The position numbers and the translations under genes are program-made. The notes under the pieces are model-generated. The model searched no databases. It saw only the letters and a program-made list of their open reading frames with translations, and was not told the origin of the DNA. Shown piece by piece: positions 50,725-59,462 of a stretch of 64,000 nt of DNA (within the stretch, counting starts at the first letter, position 1; every line of letters begins with the position of its first letter). The DNA comes from an uncultured bacterium (GTDB taxonomy: Bacteria; Desulfobacterota; GWC2-55-46): assembly GCA_905339405.1 (NCBI GenBank), contig CAJPGC010000011.1, positions 7,588 through 71,587 of the forward strand, in the 5' to 3' direction.

Positions 50725-51081
50725 TTATTTCGCTTCCTCGTCGACCTCCCATAGCCCGAAGGTATTGCCCTCAGGGTCGAGGCATATGGCAAAGTATCCC
50801 ATGCCAGGCACGGCCTGTTTCGGCTTTTTGACTCTCCCGCCCAGGTTTTCTACCGCCCTTGCATAGTCGTCTATCGACGGGACATCGACGTAATTTATGA
50901 TGGTCTGCCCGGGGTCCGCTTTTTTCATCATGCCCCCGCCGATGGCCTTTTCGCCTGGCGAAATGAACCAATAATCCATCCCGGGTATCTTTTTTATCTC
51001 CCAGCCGAAAAGCTCCATATAAAACCTTCTGGCCCTCTCGACGTCGTCAGCCGGTATCTCGAAATGGATGATTGTCGGCAT
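50725..51081 (-). CDS. VOC/glyoxalase family protein
   Basis: IIHFEIPADDVERARRFY, GGGMM, YVDVPSID, DPEGNTFGL. Confidence 0.88.
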   Translation of the reverse strand: MPTIIHFEIPADDVERARRFYMELFGWEIKKIPGMDYWFISPGEKAIGGGMMKKADPGQTIINYVDVPSIDDYARAVENLGGRVKKPKQAVPGMGYFAICLDPEGNTFGLWEVDEEAK

Positions 51082-51192
51082 CCTGAACACTCCATGGTAG
51101 AAGGCCCGCGAAATGCGGAACGCCGTTGAGCTGTCTATATTGAATTTACTGGACGTTGAAAGGATGTCAAACGGAAGGATGGGACAGGGATA

Positions 51193-51771
51193 TCAGGCCG
51201 GTACGCCGAAAAACGCGAACCTGGCCATATACCAGTAATATTTGACGAACTCGGCCGCAAGAAGGCCGAAGCTGCCGCCTTCCCACCACCTGCTTTCGTC
51301 GAAGTTCGGGGTGGAGACGCTGTAGGCTTCTATCCTCGTCCACGGCATGACCTTCGTAAAGGTGTAATGGGCCCTCTTTATGTGGTAGCCCGAGGTTATG
51401 AGGACCATCGAGGAAAGCCCCCTCTCCTCCATGAGCCTCCTGACCTCGAGGGCGTTCTCAAAGGTAGACCCCGAGCGCTTCTCAAGGACAATTTTCTCCC
51501 GCTCGACGGTATTTACCCTCTTGAGGAAGATGGAATCGAGGTCGGCGTCCCGGTGCACACCGCTCAAGATAAGGAGCTTTGACCTGCCCTTCCTCAAAAG
51601 GTTAAGGCCCTCTTCGGTACGGCCCCTGCCGCCGGTGAGGACGACGATGGCGTCGGCGCCGGAGCTTGCCGCCCTGCCGTACTCCCTGGTCGTGGCCGCG
51701 AACTCGAAGAACAGGGCGATTACAAGGGCCGCCGCCGCGAGCGGTATTATGTAGGAAAGTTTTTTCAGCAT
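51193..51771 (-). CDS. YdcF/DUF218 family membrane-anchored protein
   Basis: DAIVVLTGG, LILSG, STFENA, LITSGYHIKRA, AEFVKY; start uncertain. Confidence 0.85.
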   Translation of the reverse strand: MLKKLSYIIPLAAAALVIALFFEFAATTREYGRAASSGADAIVVLTGGRGRTEEGLNLLRKGRSKLLILSGVHRDADLDSIFLKRVNTVEREKIVLEKRSGSTFENALEVRRLMEERGLSSMVLITSGYHIKRAHYTFTKVMPWTRIEAYSVSTPNFDESRWWEGGSFGLLAAEFVKYYWYMARFAFFGVPA

Positions 51772-51911
51772 CTGATGTGGGGAACTGTTCGTCTCCTGCA
51801 CCCATAACGGCGCTACTACCATTTTACTTTACTATTTTTTAAAAAAAACTTGCATTAATAATGAACGTATGCTAAAAATATCTCTTTCAAATATTTAGGA
51901 GGATTTTATTC

Positions 51912-52106
51912 ATGGCAGCTACATGTGAGATATGCGGAAAGGGCCCGTCCTTCGGGAACAACGTCAGCCATGCCAACAACAAGACGAAGAGGAGATGGAA
52001 CCCGAACCTCCAGAGCGTCAGGGCGATACAGAAGAACGGCAGCGTCAGGAAAATAAAGGTCTGCAGCAGGTGCATCCGCACAGGGGCCGTTACCAAGGCC
52101 GCCTGA
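51912..52106 (+). CDS. rpmB: 50S ribosomal protein L28 (Zn-ribbon C+ form)
   Basis: [31 protein letters not shown]; AGGAGG SD. Confidence 0.96.
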   Translation: MAATCEICGKGPSFGNNVSHANNKTKRRWNPNLQSVRAIQKNGSVRKIKVCSRCIRTGAVTKAA

Positions 52107-52126
52107 TCCCTTACCCTTTTGGCTTG

Positions 52127-52157
52127 AAGGCCTGCCCGATGGGCAGGCCTTTTTTTT
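52127..52157 (+). terminator. Intrinsic terminator after rpmB
   Basis: AAGGCCTGCCC-GAT-GGGCAGGCCTT then a T-tract. Confidence 0.85.
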
Positions 52158-52191
52158 GTTCAAAATCAGCCTTCCGCCCTTATTTTTCCCA

Positions 52192-52581
52192 CTATTTCTC
52201 ATCGATGACAGCTATCGCGTCTATCTCCACGCCGACGCCTTTTGGCAGTCCGCTCACCTCAACGGTCGCCCTCGCCGGGTATGGAGCTGTAAAGAACTCG
52301 CCGTACACGGCGTTCATCTCGCCGAAGGCCGAAAGGTCCTTCATGTAGACGGTAGTCTTCACCACGTCGTCCATCGACGCCCCGGCCTCTTCGAGTACCC
52401 CCTGGAGGTTCTTCAGCACCTGCCTGGTCTGCTCCTCAATACTTCCCCCCACGGCCTCACCCGTTGCGGGGTCTATGGGTATCTGGCCGGAGAGGAAAAG
52501 CTGCCTGCCCACGGTTACGCCCTGCGAATAAGGGCCTATCGCCTTCGGGGCCTTCCCGGTCTTTATCTCCTTCTTGCCCAT
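52192..52581 (-). CDS. ridA: RidA/YjgF family enamine deaminase
   Basis: [32 protein letters not shown]. Confidence 0.92.
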   Translation of the reverse strand: MGKKEIKTGKAPKAIGPYSQGVTVGRQLFLSGQIPIDPATGEAVGGSIEEQTRQVLKNLQGVLEEAGASMDDVVKTTVYMKDLSAFGEMNAVYGEFFTAPYPARATVEVSGLPKGVGVEIDAIAVIDEK

Positions 52582-52655
52582 GAAAACTCCTTCACACGGT
52601 TTTATGAGGCGGGAAACTTTCTACAGAAAGTTTCCCCCATAAAGTCAGCGATGCA

Positions 52656-54842
52656 TCAGGAAATTCCTTCGGCCTCGGCGTCCTTGTTGAGGCTCTTGAG
52701 CCTTTCGACCTTTATGACTTTCTTTATCTTCTTTATGGCGGCGATGATGCTCTTCAAGTGGTTGAGGTCGCTGACTTCGACCTCGAAGGTGCACACGGCC
52801 TTGTCGTCCTGGCTCGTCCTTATGTCGGCGCTCGATATGTTGGCGTCGGCGTTGTTTATCGCGTGCGTCATCTCGGCAAGGAGGCCCTTCTCGTTCCTGC
52901 ATACGACCTGTATGTGAACCGGCCTGGTGGTCTTGAGCTTCTTGTCCCAGGCGACTTCAATGCGCCTGTCCCTGTCTATGTGCAGGAGGTTCGGGCAGCC
53001 CACGGCGTGCACCGAGACGCCCTGCCCGTGGGTGATGAAGCCGTCTATCTCGTCTCCGGGGAGCGGGTTGCAGCACTTGGCGAACCTCACCATGACGTCC
53101 TCCACGCCGCGCACGATTATGGCGTTCCTGCCCTTTTCGGCCCCTCCACCTGTGAACTTGTCGAAAACCTTTTTGAATGAGAACTTCTGCTTTTCCTTGA
53201 GCTTCTCCGGCGGCAGGATCTTCCCGAGGACCTGGTTCACCGAGAGCTTTCCGTAGCCGATAGAGGCAAGGAGGCTTTCGGTGCCCTGAACGCCGAACCC
53301 GGCCGCTATCCTGTCCAGGTCGTCGGTCTTCATGAGCTTGCCCGGTTCGAGGTTGTGCTTTGATATCTCTTTTTCGAGTATTTCCCTGCCCAGGGCTATT
53401 GACTTGGCCCGCTCCTCGGTCTTTATCCACTGCCTGACCCTCGCCTTGGCCCTCGAGCTTACTATGAACTTCAGCCAGTCTTTCGAGGGGTGGTGGTTCT
53501 GGGCGGTTATTATCTCGACGATGTCGCCGTTCTTGAGCTTGTATTTGAGCGGCACCATCTTGCCGTTTATCTTCGACCCGGAGCAGGTGTTGCCTATGTC
53601 GGTGTGGATGGAATACGCGAAGTCTACAGGCGTTGCGCCGTTCGGGAACTGCTTTATGTCGCCCTTGGGCGTGAAGACGAAGACTTCCTCCGGGAAGAGG
53701 CCCACCTTGAGGGAGTCCATGAACTCGTCGGAGTCTTTCAGGTCCTTCTGGAACTCGAGCAGCTGGCGGAGCCAGGCGAAGCTCTTCTCGTCCTTGCTCT
53801 CAACCGGCCTGCCTTCCTTGTACTTCCAGTGGGCGGCTATGCCGTACTCCGCCACCTTGTGCATCTCCTCGGTCCTTATCTGTATCTCCATCCTCATGCC
53901 GAACGGGCCCACAACGGTAGTATGGAGCGACTGGTACATGTTAAGCTTGGGTATGGCTATGAAGTCCTTGAACCTGCCGGGGACAGGCTTCCACGTGGAA
54001 TGGACTATGCCCAGGACACCGTAGCAGTCCTTGAGGTTCTTGACGATGACCCTGAAGGCGAGGATGTCGTAGATCCTCTCTATGTCGACGTCCTGGTCGC
54101 GCATCTTCTTGTAGATGCTGTAAAGGTGCTTCGGCCTTCCGGTCACCTCGCCTTCGACCCCGTGCTCTTTCAGCTTCTCGTCTATCTCGGCCTTGACGGT
54201 CTCGATGAAATTTTCTTTTATATCAAGTGCTTTGGCGAGCTTTTCCCTTATTCCGGCGTACTTTTCAGGCTCAAGATACATGAAGGCGAGGTCTTCGAGC
54301 TCGGTCTTAATCCACCCGATACCGAGCCTGTTGGCCAGCGGGGCGTAGATGTCCATCGTCTCCTGGGCAATCTTCCTCTGCTTCACAGGGTCTAGAGAGC
54401 CCAGGGTCCTCATGTTATGGAGCCTGTCGGCGAGCTTTATGAGGATGACCCTTATGTCGCGCCCCATGGCAAGGATCATCTTCCGGAAGTTCTCGGCCTC
54501 ATGGTCGGCCTTCTTGTCGAAGGTCATTTTCGACAGCTTCGTGAGGCCGTCTACAAGGGAGGCTACCTCTTCCCCGAAGAGCTCGGCTATCTTCTCGATT
54601 GTTGTGTGGGTGTCCTCGACCGTGTCATGCAGGAGCCCTGTCGCGACGCTCTGGACGTCCATCTTGAGGCCGGTGAGGATATTTGCGACCTCGAGCGGGT
54701 GGGTAAGGTACGGCTCTCCGGACTGCCTTATCTGCCCCTGATGCACCACCCCGGAGAAGACATAGGCCTTCCTTACGACCTCGAGGTCGGCGTTCGGGCT
54801 GTAGGCAGCCACTTTTTCGAGGATTTCCTCAAGCCTTACCAT
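52656..54842 (-). CDS. rel: Bifunctional (p)ppGpp synthetase/hydrolase (Rel/SpoT)
   Basis: HD domain (GEPYLTHP, LLHDTVEDT), synthetase (YQSLHT, EIQIRT), TGS, ZFD (AKCCNP), ACT. Confidence 0.95.
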   Translation of the reverse strand: MVRLEEILEKVAAYSPNADLEVVRKAYVFSGVVHQGQIRQSGEPYLTHPLEVANILTGLKMDVQSVATGLLHDTVEDTHTTIEKIAELFGEEVASLVDGLTKLSKMTFDKKADHEAENFRKMILAMGRDIRVILIKLADRLHNMRTLGSLDPVKQRKIAQETMDIYAPLANRLGIGWIKTELEDLAFMYLEPEKYAGIREKLAKALDIKENFIETVKAEIDEKLKEHGVEGEVTGRPKHLYSIYKKMRDQDVDIERIYDILAFRVIVKNLKDCYGVLGIVHSTWKPVPGRFKDFIAIPKLNMYQSLHTTVVGPFGMRMEIQIRTEEMHKVAEYGIAAHWKYKEGRPVESKDEKSFAWLRQLLEFQKDLKDSDEFMDSLKVGLFPEEVFVFTPKGDIKQFPNGATPVDFAYSIHTDIGNTCSGSKINGKMVPLKYKLKNGDIVEIITAQNHHPSKDWLKFIVSSRAKARVRQWIKTEERAKSIALGREILEKEISKHNLEPGKLMKTDDLDRIAAGFGVQGTESLLASIGYGKLSVNQVLGKILPPEKLKEKQKFSFKKVFDKFTGGGAEKGRNAIIVRGVEDVMVRFAKCCNPLPGDEIDGFITHGQGVSVHAVGCPNLLHIDRDRRIEVAWDKKLKTTRPVHIQVVCRNEKGLLAEMTHAINNADANISSADIRTSQDDKAVCTFEVEVSDLNHLKSIIAAIKKIKKVIKVERLKSLNKDAEAEGIS

Positions 54843-54850
54843 ATCCAACC

Positions 54851-54879
54851 AATTTAACGCAAACCCCCGGCCTTTTCAA
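54851..54879 (-). promoter_or_regulatory. Near-leaderless sigma70 promoter of rel
   Basis: TTGAAA-17-TAAATT, 8 nt before ATG 54842. Confidence 0.55.
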
Positions 54880-54938
54880 TAGACAACGGGTTATTTATCG
54901 GCGGAAAGGCTTGTTTTTGAAGGCCTGAGGCGTTTGCC

Positions 54939-54968
54939 TTGCTTTGTACGCCCCTTTTCTGTTAAAAT
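54939..54968 (+). promoter_or_regulatory. Leaderless sigma70 promoter of PBP1A
   Basis: TTGCTT-18-(TGT)TAAAAT, 7 nt before ATG 54976. Confidence 0.6.
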
Positions 54969-54975
54969 TTTCACC

Positions 54976-57351
54976 ATGCGCATCATCAAGATAATCCTCG
55001 CCGCGCTCCTCATAATGGTCGCGGCCGGGTTCGGCACCTACTTCTATTTTACCCGCGGCCTTCCCTCGCTCGAGACCCTACACGATTACCACCCTAACCT
55101 GGTGACAAAGGTCTATTCCAACGACGGCAGGATAATCGGGGAGTTCTTCATCGAGCGCCGGATAGTCGTGCCTTTCGAGCGCGTTCCCAAGCACCTCGTC
55201 CAGGCCTTTGTAGCCGCCGAAGACTCGAAGTTCTTCGAGCACGAGGGCATTAGCTACACGAGTATCCTCCGCGCGATGCTCAAGAACGTGACGGCCGGGA
55301 GGGTCGTGCAAGGCGGGTCGACCATAACCCAGCAGGTCGCAAAGAGCTTTTTCCTCACCTCTGAAAGGAAGATATCGAGGAAGATACGCGAGGCCATCAT
55401 GGCCTACAGGATAGAAAAGAACCTCAGCAAGGAAGACATACTCCACCTCTACCTCAACCAGATATACTTCGGCAACGGCGCCTACGGCATCCAGACCGCC
55501 GCGGAGACCTACTTCGGCAAAGACGTCTCCCAGCTTACGGTCGCTGAGGCTGCCCTCCTTGCCGGGCTCCCCAAGGCGCCAAGCAAGTACTCGCCGCACG
55601 AGAACCTCGAGCTTTCAAGGCAGCGCCAGAAGTACGTCCTCGAGCGCATGGCCGAAGAGAAGTTCATAACCGTCGACCAGGCCGGAAGAGAGTTCTCACG
55701 CCCCTTGAACCTCATGCCCAAAAGGAGCGAGAGCCTCTGGGTAGGCCCCTACTTCACAGAAGAAGTAAGAAAGTACCTGGAACTCAAATACGGCGAAGAG
55801 CTCCTTTACAAGAGCGGGCTCGAGGTCTTCACCACGCTCGACGTCGACATGCAGAAGGCCGCCAACAGAGCGGTTGACGAGGGCCTCCGTGAGTACGACA
55901 AGAGGCGCGGCTACAGGGGGCCTGTAAAAGTCCTCAAAGACGGCGAAGAGGCCGCCCAGTTCGCCAAAGAGGCGGACAAGAAGCTCGTCTACGACAAGCC
56001 TTCCTCCGGAAAGGTCTACCTCGGCGCGGTCACGGGCTTCAACGGCAGGAACAACACTCTCGGGGTCGACATAGGCTCCCGCCACGGGGTCATCGCGAAA
56101 GCCGACATGGAATGGGCGCGCCTCTACAACCCCACAACTGAATCTGACGGCGGCAAATATACGGAGCTTTCAAAGCTCTTCAAGCCCGGAGACGTAATAC
56201 AGGTAATGGTCAAGGAGACCCCGGCAAGCGAGGCGACCACCCTTGCCTTGAAGCTCGAACAGGAGCCGCTGGCGCAGGCGTCACTTCTCGCGATGGAACC
56301 TGAGACAGGGGCGATTAAAGCCATGGTCGGCGGGTTCGACTTCGCAAAAAGCCAGTTCAACAGGGCCGTGCAGGCTTTCCGCCAGCCGGGCTCTTCTTTC
56401 AAGCCCATAATCTACACCGCTGCCATAGACGGCAACTTCACCCCGGCGTCGATTGTAATGGACTCCCCCCTGGTCTTCGAGGAGGCACAGCAGGAGGTCG
56501 CGTGGAGGCCGAGGAACTACGACGAGCAGTTCTTCGGGCCCACGACCATCAGGGAGGCCATCGCCCGCTCGAGGAACATCATAACGATAAAGGTATTAAA
56601 AGAGGTCGGCATAGACAAGGCCATCCAGTACGCCAGGCTCCTCGGGATAAACTCTCCGCTCGCGCGCGACCTCTCGCTGGCGCTCGGCTCCTCGGCGGTA
56701 ACGCTACAGGAGATGACGGTCGCGTACTCCACCCTTGCGAACATGGGCACCAAGCCCGAGCCCCTTTACATCACGAGGGTCCAGGACAGGGCCGGGACGG
56801 TCCTGGAGGAGAACGCGCCTTTTTCCACGCAGGTCCTGAGCCCGCAGACTTCGTACATAATGACGAGCCTCCTGCAGAGCGTCGTGGAGTCCGGCACGGG
56901 CATGAGGGCAAGGGCCCTTGGAAGGCCCGCCGCCGGAAAGACCGGCACCACGAACAACCTGAACGACGCGTGGTTCCTCGGGTATATACCCGGGCTTGCG
57001 GCAGGCTCATGGGTGGGTTATGATAATGAAAAGCCACTCGGACGCGGTGAAACCGGGTCGGAAGCCGCCCTGCCCATCTGGCTCAAGTTCATGAAAGGCG
57101 CGGCGTTGAATATGCCCGCCCGGAGCTTCCCGATACCCGACGGGCTGGAGTTCGCGAAGATAGACTCCGAGAACGGGCTGCTGGCGGGCCCTGCCACGGA
57201 AGACGCGGTATTCGAGGTCTTCAGGACCGGCACCGCCCCAACGCAGATATCTTCGCAGAAGTCCCGTTCCCATTCCTCTGACTTCTTCATGATAGACACC
57301 GACGACAAGCCGGTGAAGAAAAAACCGCAGAGCCTTGAATTCGTCGATTGA
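54976..57351 (+). CDS. mrcA: Penicillin-binding protein 1A (bifunctional transglycosylase/transpeptidase)
   Basis: AAEDSKF, QGGSTITQQ, RKIRE, YLNQIYFG; QPGSSFK (SxxK), SRN, KTGT. Confidence 0.93.
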   Translation: MRIIKIILAALLIMVAAGFGTYFYFTRGLPSLETLHDYHPNLVTKVYSNDGRIIGEFFIERRIVVPFERVPKHLVQAFVAAEDSKFFEHEGISYTSILRAMLKNVTAGRVVQGGSTITQQVAKSFFLTSERKISRKIREAIMAYRIEKNLSKEDILHLYLNQIYFGNGAYGIQTAAETYFGKDVSQLTVAEAALLAGLPKAPSKYSPHENLELSRQRQKYVLERMAEEKFITVDQAGREFSRPLNLMPKRSESLWVGPYFTEEVRKYLELKYGEELLYKSGLEVFTTLDVDMQKAANRAVDEGLREYDKRRGYRGPVKVLKDGEEAAQFAKEADKKLVYDKPSSGKVYLGAVTGFNGRNNTLGVDIGSRHGVIAKADMEWARLYNPTTESDGGKYTELSKLFKPGDVIQVMVKETPASEATTLALKLEQEPLAQASLLAMEPETGAIKAMVGGFDFAKSQFNRAVQAFRQPGSSFKPIIYTAAIDGNFTPASIVMDSPLVFEEAQQEVAWRPRNYDEQFFGPTTIREAIARSRNIITIKVLKEVGIDKAIQYARLLGINSPLARDLSLALGSSAVTLQEMTVAYSTLANMGTKPEPLYITRVQDRAGTVLEENAPFSTQVLSPQTSYIMTSLLQSVVESGTGMRARALGRPAAGKTGTTNNLNDAWFLGYIPGLAAGSWVGYDNEKPLGRGETGSEAALPIWLKFMKGAALNMPARSFPIPDGLEFAKIDSENGLLAGPATEDAVFEVFRTGTAPTQISSQKSRSHSSDFFMIDTDDKPVKKKPQSLEFVD

Positions 57352-57358
57352 GGATGAT

Positions 57359-58357
57359 ATGCAGCAGCCGCTTGTAGATGCCTATGAAAGAAAGATAGAT
57401 TACCTCCGAATCTCCGTGACCGACAGGTGCAACCTCCGCTGCGTCTACTGCATGCCCCCGGAGGGCATAGACCTCGCGGAATCGAAGAACATACTGAGGT
57501 ACGAAGAGATAATGCGCCTTGTGCGCCTCTCGGCGGCCCACGGCATATCAAAGATAAGGGTCACTGGCGGCGAGCCACTGGTGCGAAAGGGCATAATAGA
57601 GTTCCTGCATGACGTCGCCTCGACCCCGGGGATAAAAGACCTGAGCCTCACCACGAACGGCGTGCTATTGAAGAGCTACGCTCAGCAGCTGAAAGACGCG
57701 GGGTTGAAGCGCGTGAACGTGAGCCTCGATTCACTCAAGCGCGAGCGCTTCCTCCAGATGACCCGCGGCGACAACCTCAAGGAAGTGCTCGAAGGGCTCG
57801 AAGAGGCCCAGAAGGTCGGCCTCACGCCGGTCAAGCTCAACATGGTCGTCATAAAGGGTTTCAACGACGACGAGATAGTCGATTTCGCCCTGATGTCGAA
57901 GACCAAGCCCTATCACATACGTTATATCGAGTACATGCCCTTCAACACGCAGGAGGGCTGGCAGCGGGACAAGTGCATAACAGCCAAAGAGATAAAAGAA
58001 AGAATTGAACAGGCCGTGGAGCCGCTTGAGCAGGTCACTGACACCAACGGCGCGGCAGGCCCGGCAAGGCGCTTTCGCTTCAAGGACGCGCCCGGAGAGA
58101 TAGGCCTCATAAGCCCTGTCTCAGAGCACTTCTGCGGGTCGTGCAACAGGCTCCGCCTCACCTCCGACGGCAAGCTCCGCACGTGCCTTTTCTCGGACAA
58201 TGAAATCGACCTCAGGACGCCCTTACGCGATGGCTCGGCCGACGAGGTGATTGAGAATATTCTCATGGCCGCCGTCAAGGAGAAGCCAAAGGGCCACACC
58301 ATAAACGAGAACATCTTCAAGAAGTGCAGTAGGACGATGAGCCTTATAGGGGGATAA
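57359..58357 (+). CDS. moaA: GTP 3',8-cyclase MoaA
   Basis: LRISVTDRCNLRCVYC, TGGEPL, FCGSCNRLRLT, C-terminal MSLIGG. Confidence 0.97.
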   Translation: MQQPLVDAYERKIDYLRISVTDRCNLRCVYCMPPEGIDLAESKNILRYEEIMRLVRLSAAHGISKIRVTGGEPLVRKGIIEFLHDVASTPGIKDLSLTTNGVLLKSYAQQLKDAGLKRVNVSLDSLKRERFLQMTRGDNLKEVLEGLEEAQKVGLTPVKLNMVVIKGFNDDEIVDFALMSKTKPYHIRYIEYMPFNTQEGWQRDKCITAKEIKERIEQAVEPLEQVTDTNGAAGPARRFRFKDAPGEIGLISPVSEHFCGSCNRLRLTSDGKLRTCLFSDNEIDLRTPLRDGSADEVIENILMAAVKEKPKGHTINENIFKKCSRTMSLIGG

Positions 58358-58376
58358 AACCCGTTGTCATTCTGAG
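58310..58376 (+). repeat. Copy 1 of an imperfect direct repeat: moaA 3' end plus TTGTCATTCTGAG
   Basis: Matches 59211-59278. Confidence 0.8.
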
Positions 58377-58491
58377 CGCAGCGACTGGTGCACACAACGC
58401 GGCCATAGATTGCTTCCGGATATACCTTGATTTTTGATGTGAAATCACTAAAAATGAAACATACTTTTCGATTCTTGGTTATGGACTGCCT

Positions 58492-58800
58492 ATGAGTAAC
58501 GAAATAAATATAGACATCCCGCATGAAAATATAGCGGAGTTTTGCAGGAAGCACCACATAAGAAAGCTTTCCTTTTTCGGCTCTGTACTCAGAGCGGATT
58601 TCAGCCCGGAAAGTGACGTCGACGTGCTGGTTGACTTCATTCCCGGCAAGGGACCGGGCTTCTTCGGGCTCTCACACATGGAGCTTGAGCTCACAGATAT
58701 CATCGGCAGGAAAGTGGACTTGCGCACCCCTAATGAGCTCAGCAGGTATTTCAGAGACGAGGTCTTATCCAGCGCCAGGACGGAATATGCGGAAGGATGA
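58492..58800 (+). CDS. mntA: Minimal nucleotidyltransferase antitoxin (MNT)
   Basis: FGSVLRADFSPESDVDVLV (GS-x10-DxD), GRKVDL; overlaps the HEPN gene. Confidence 0.9.
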   Translation: MSNEINIDIPHENIAEFCRKHHIRKLSFFGSVLRADFSPESDVDVLVDFIPGKGPGFFGLSHMELELTDIIGRKVDLRTPNELSRYFRDEVLSSARTEYAEG

Positions 58801-59131
58801 TCTCACACGGTTGAGACATATGCTGGATGCGGCAATGGAGGCACGGTCCTTTGCAGCCGGGAGTTCCAGGAGCGATCTCGGCGCCGACAGGAAACTCGCG
58901 CTGGCCATAGTCAAGGATATCGAGATGATTGGAGAAGCCGCCAGCAAAGTCTCTCAGGAAACAAGGGCCAGCTATCCCTCGATACCATGGCCCGATATCA
59001 TCAACATGCGTAATCGCCTGATCCACGCGTACTTCGATATCGATCTCGATGTCGTATGGGATACGGTCACCAAAGACCTGCCGTTCTTCATTGCACTCCT
59101 TGAAAGGACGCTCGCGCCTTACAAGACTTAA
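58787..59131 (+). CDS. hepT: HEPN (DUF86) RNase toxin
   Basis: IGEAASKV, IPWPDIINMRNRLIHAYFDID (R-x4-H), VVWDTV; ATG 58787. Confidence 0.9.
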   Translation: MRKDDLTRLRHMLDAAMEARSFAAGSSRSDLGADRKLALAIVKDIEMIGEAASKVSQETRASYPSIPWPDIINMRNRLIHAYFDIDLDVVWDTVTKDLPFFIALLERTLAPYKT

Positions 59132-59153
59132 AACCAACTCTCCCGACCTGAAT

Positions 59154-59203
59154 AATTTGTGGCGGCACTACAAATTTTGGGTTCAGGTTGCAAACCTGAA
59201 CCC
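59154..59203. repeat. Two adjacent palindromes (REP-like)
   Basis: AATTTGT-9-ACAAATT and perfect GGGTTCAGGTT-GCA-AACCTGAACCC. Confidence 0.7.
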
Positions 59204-59210
59204 GCCAAAG

Positions 59211-59258
59211 AACATATTTAAGAAGAGCTCAAGGACGATGAGCTTGATTGGTGGGTAG
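59211..59258 (+). pseudogene. Orphan second copy of the moaA C-terminal 15 codons plus stop
   Basis: NIFKKSSRTMSLIGG* vs NIFKKCSRTMSLIGG*; 36/48 nt identical, 11 of 12 differences silent. Confidence 0.85.
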
Positions 59259-59266
59259 TCGAGCCT

Positions 59267-59348
59267 TGTCATTCTGAGGAAACGAAGCGACCGAAGAATC
59301 TCGCCTTTGCAGTCATTGCGAGGAGCGGTTTTGCGACGAAGCAATCTC
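59267..59348. repeat. Two GTCATT-type palindromic elements in tandem
   Basis: GTCATTCTGAG...GAAGAATCTC (59267-59302) and GTCATTGCGAG...GAAGCAATCTC (59312-59348). Confidence 0.7.
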
Positions 59349-59365
59349 AATTGTAGCAGAAAATA

Positions 59366-59393
59366 AAAGGCCGGTTCGAATGAACCGGCCTTT
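59366..59393. terminator. Bidirectional terminator
   Basis: AAAGGCCGGTTC-GAAT-GAACCGGCCTTT with A/T-rich flanks. Confidence 0.7.
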
Positions 59394-59416
59394 ATGTTTT
59401 AATGCTTCTATTCAAG

Positions 59417-59462
59417 GGCGGGCAATGCCCGCCAAAAAGAAGGTGGGCGGTGCCAACCCTAC
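59417..59462. repeat. Two short GC-rich REP-like palindromes
   Basis: GGCGGGC-AAT-GCCCGCC and (minus strand) GTAG-GGTTGGC-ACC-GCCCACC with a GTAG foot. Confidence 0.6.

Noticed and set aside
57335-57358. Moco riboswitch upstream of moaA
   Set aside because: Only 7 nt separate PBP1A and moaA; no room for a leader
59049-59258. 69-aa ORF ending in MSLIGG as a real gene
   Set aside because: Overlaps hepT out of frame and crosses palindromes; only the last 16 codons are meaningful (moaA remnant)
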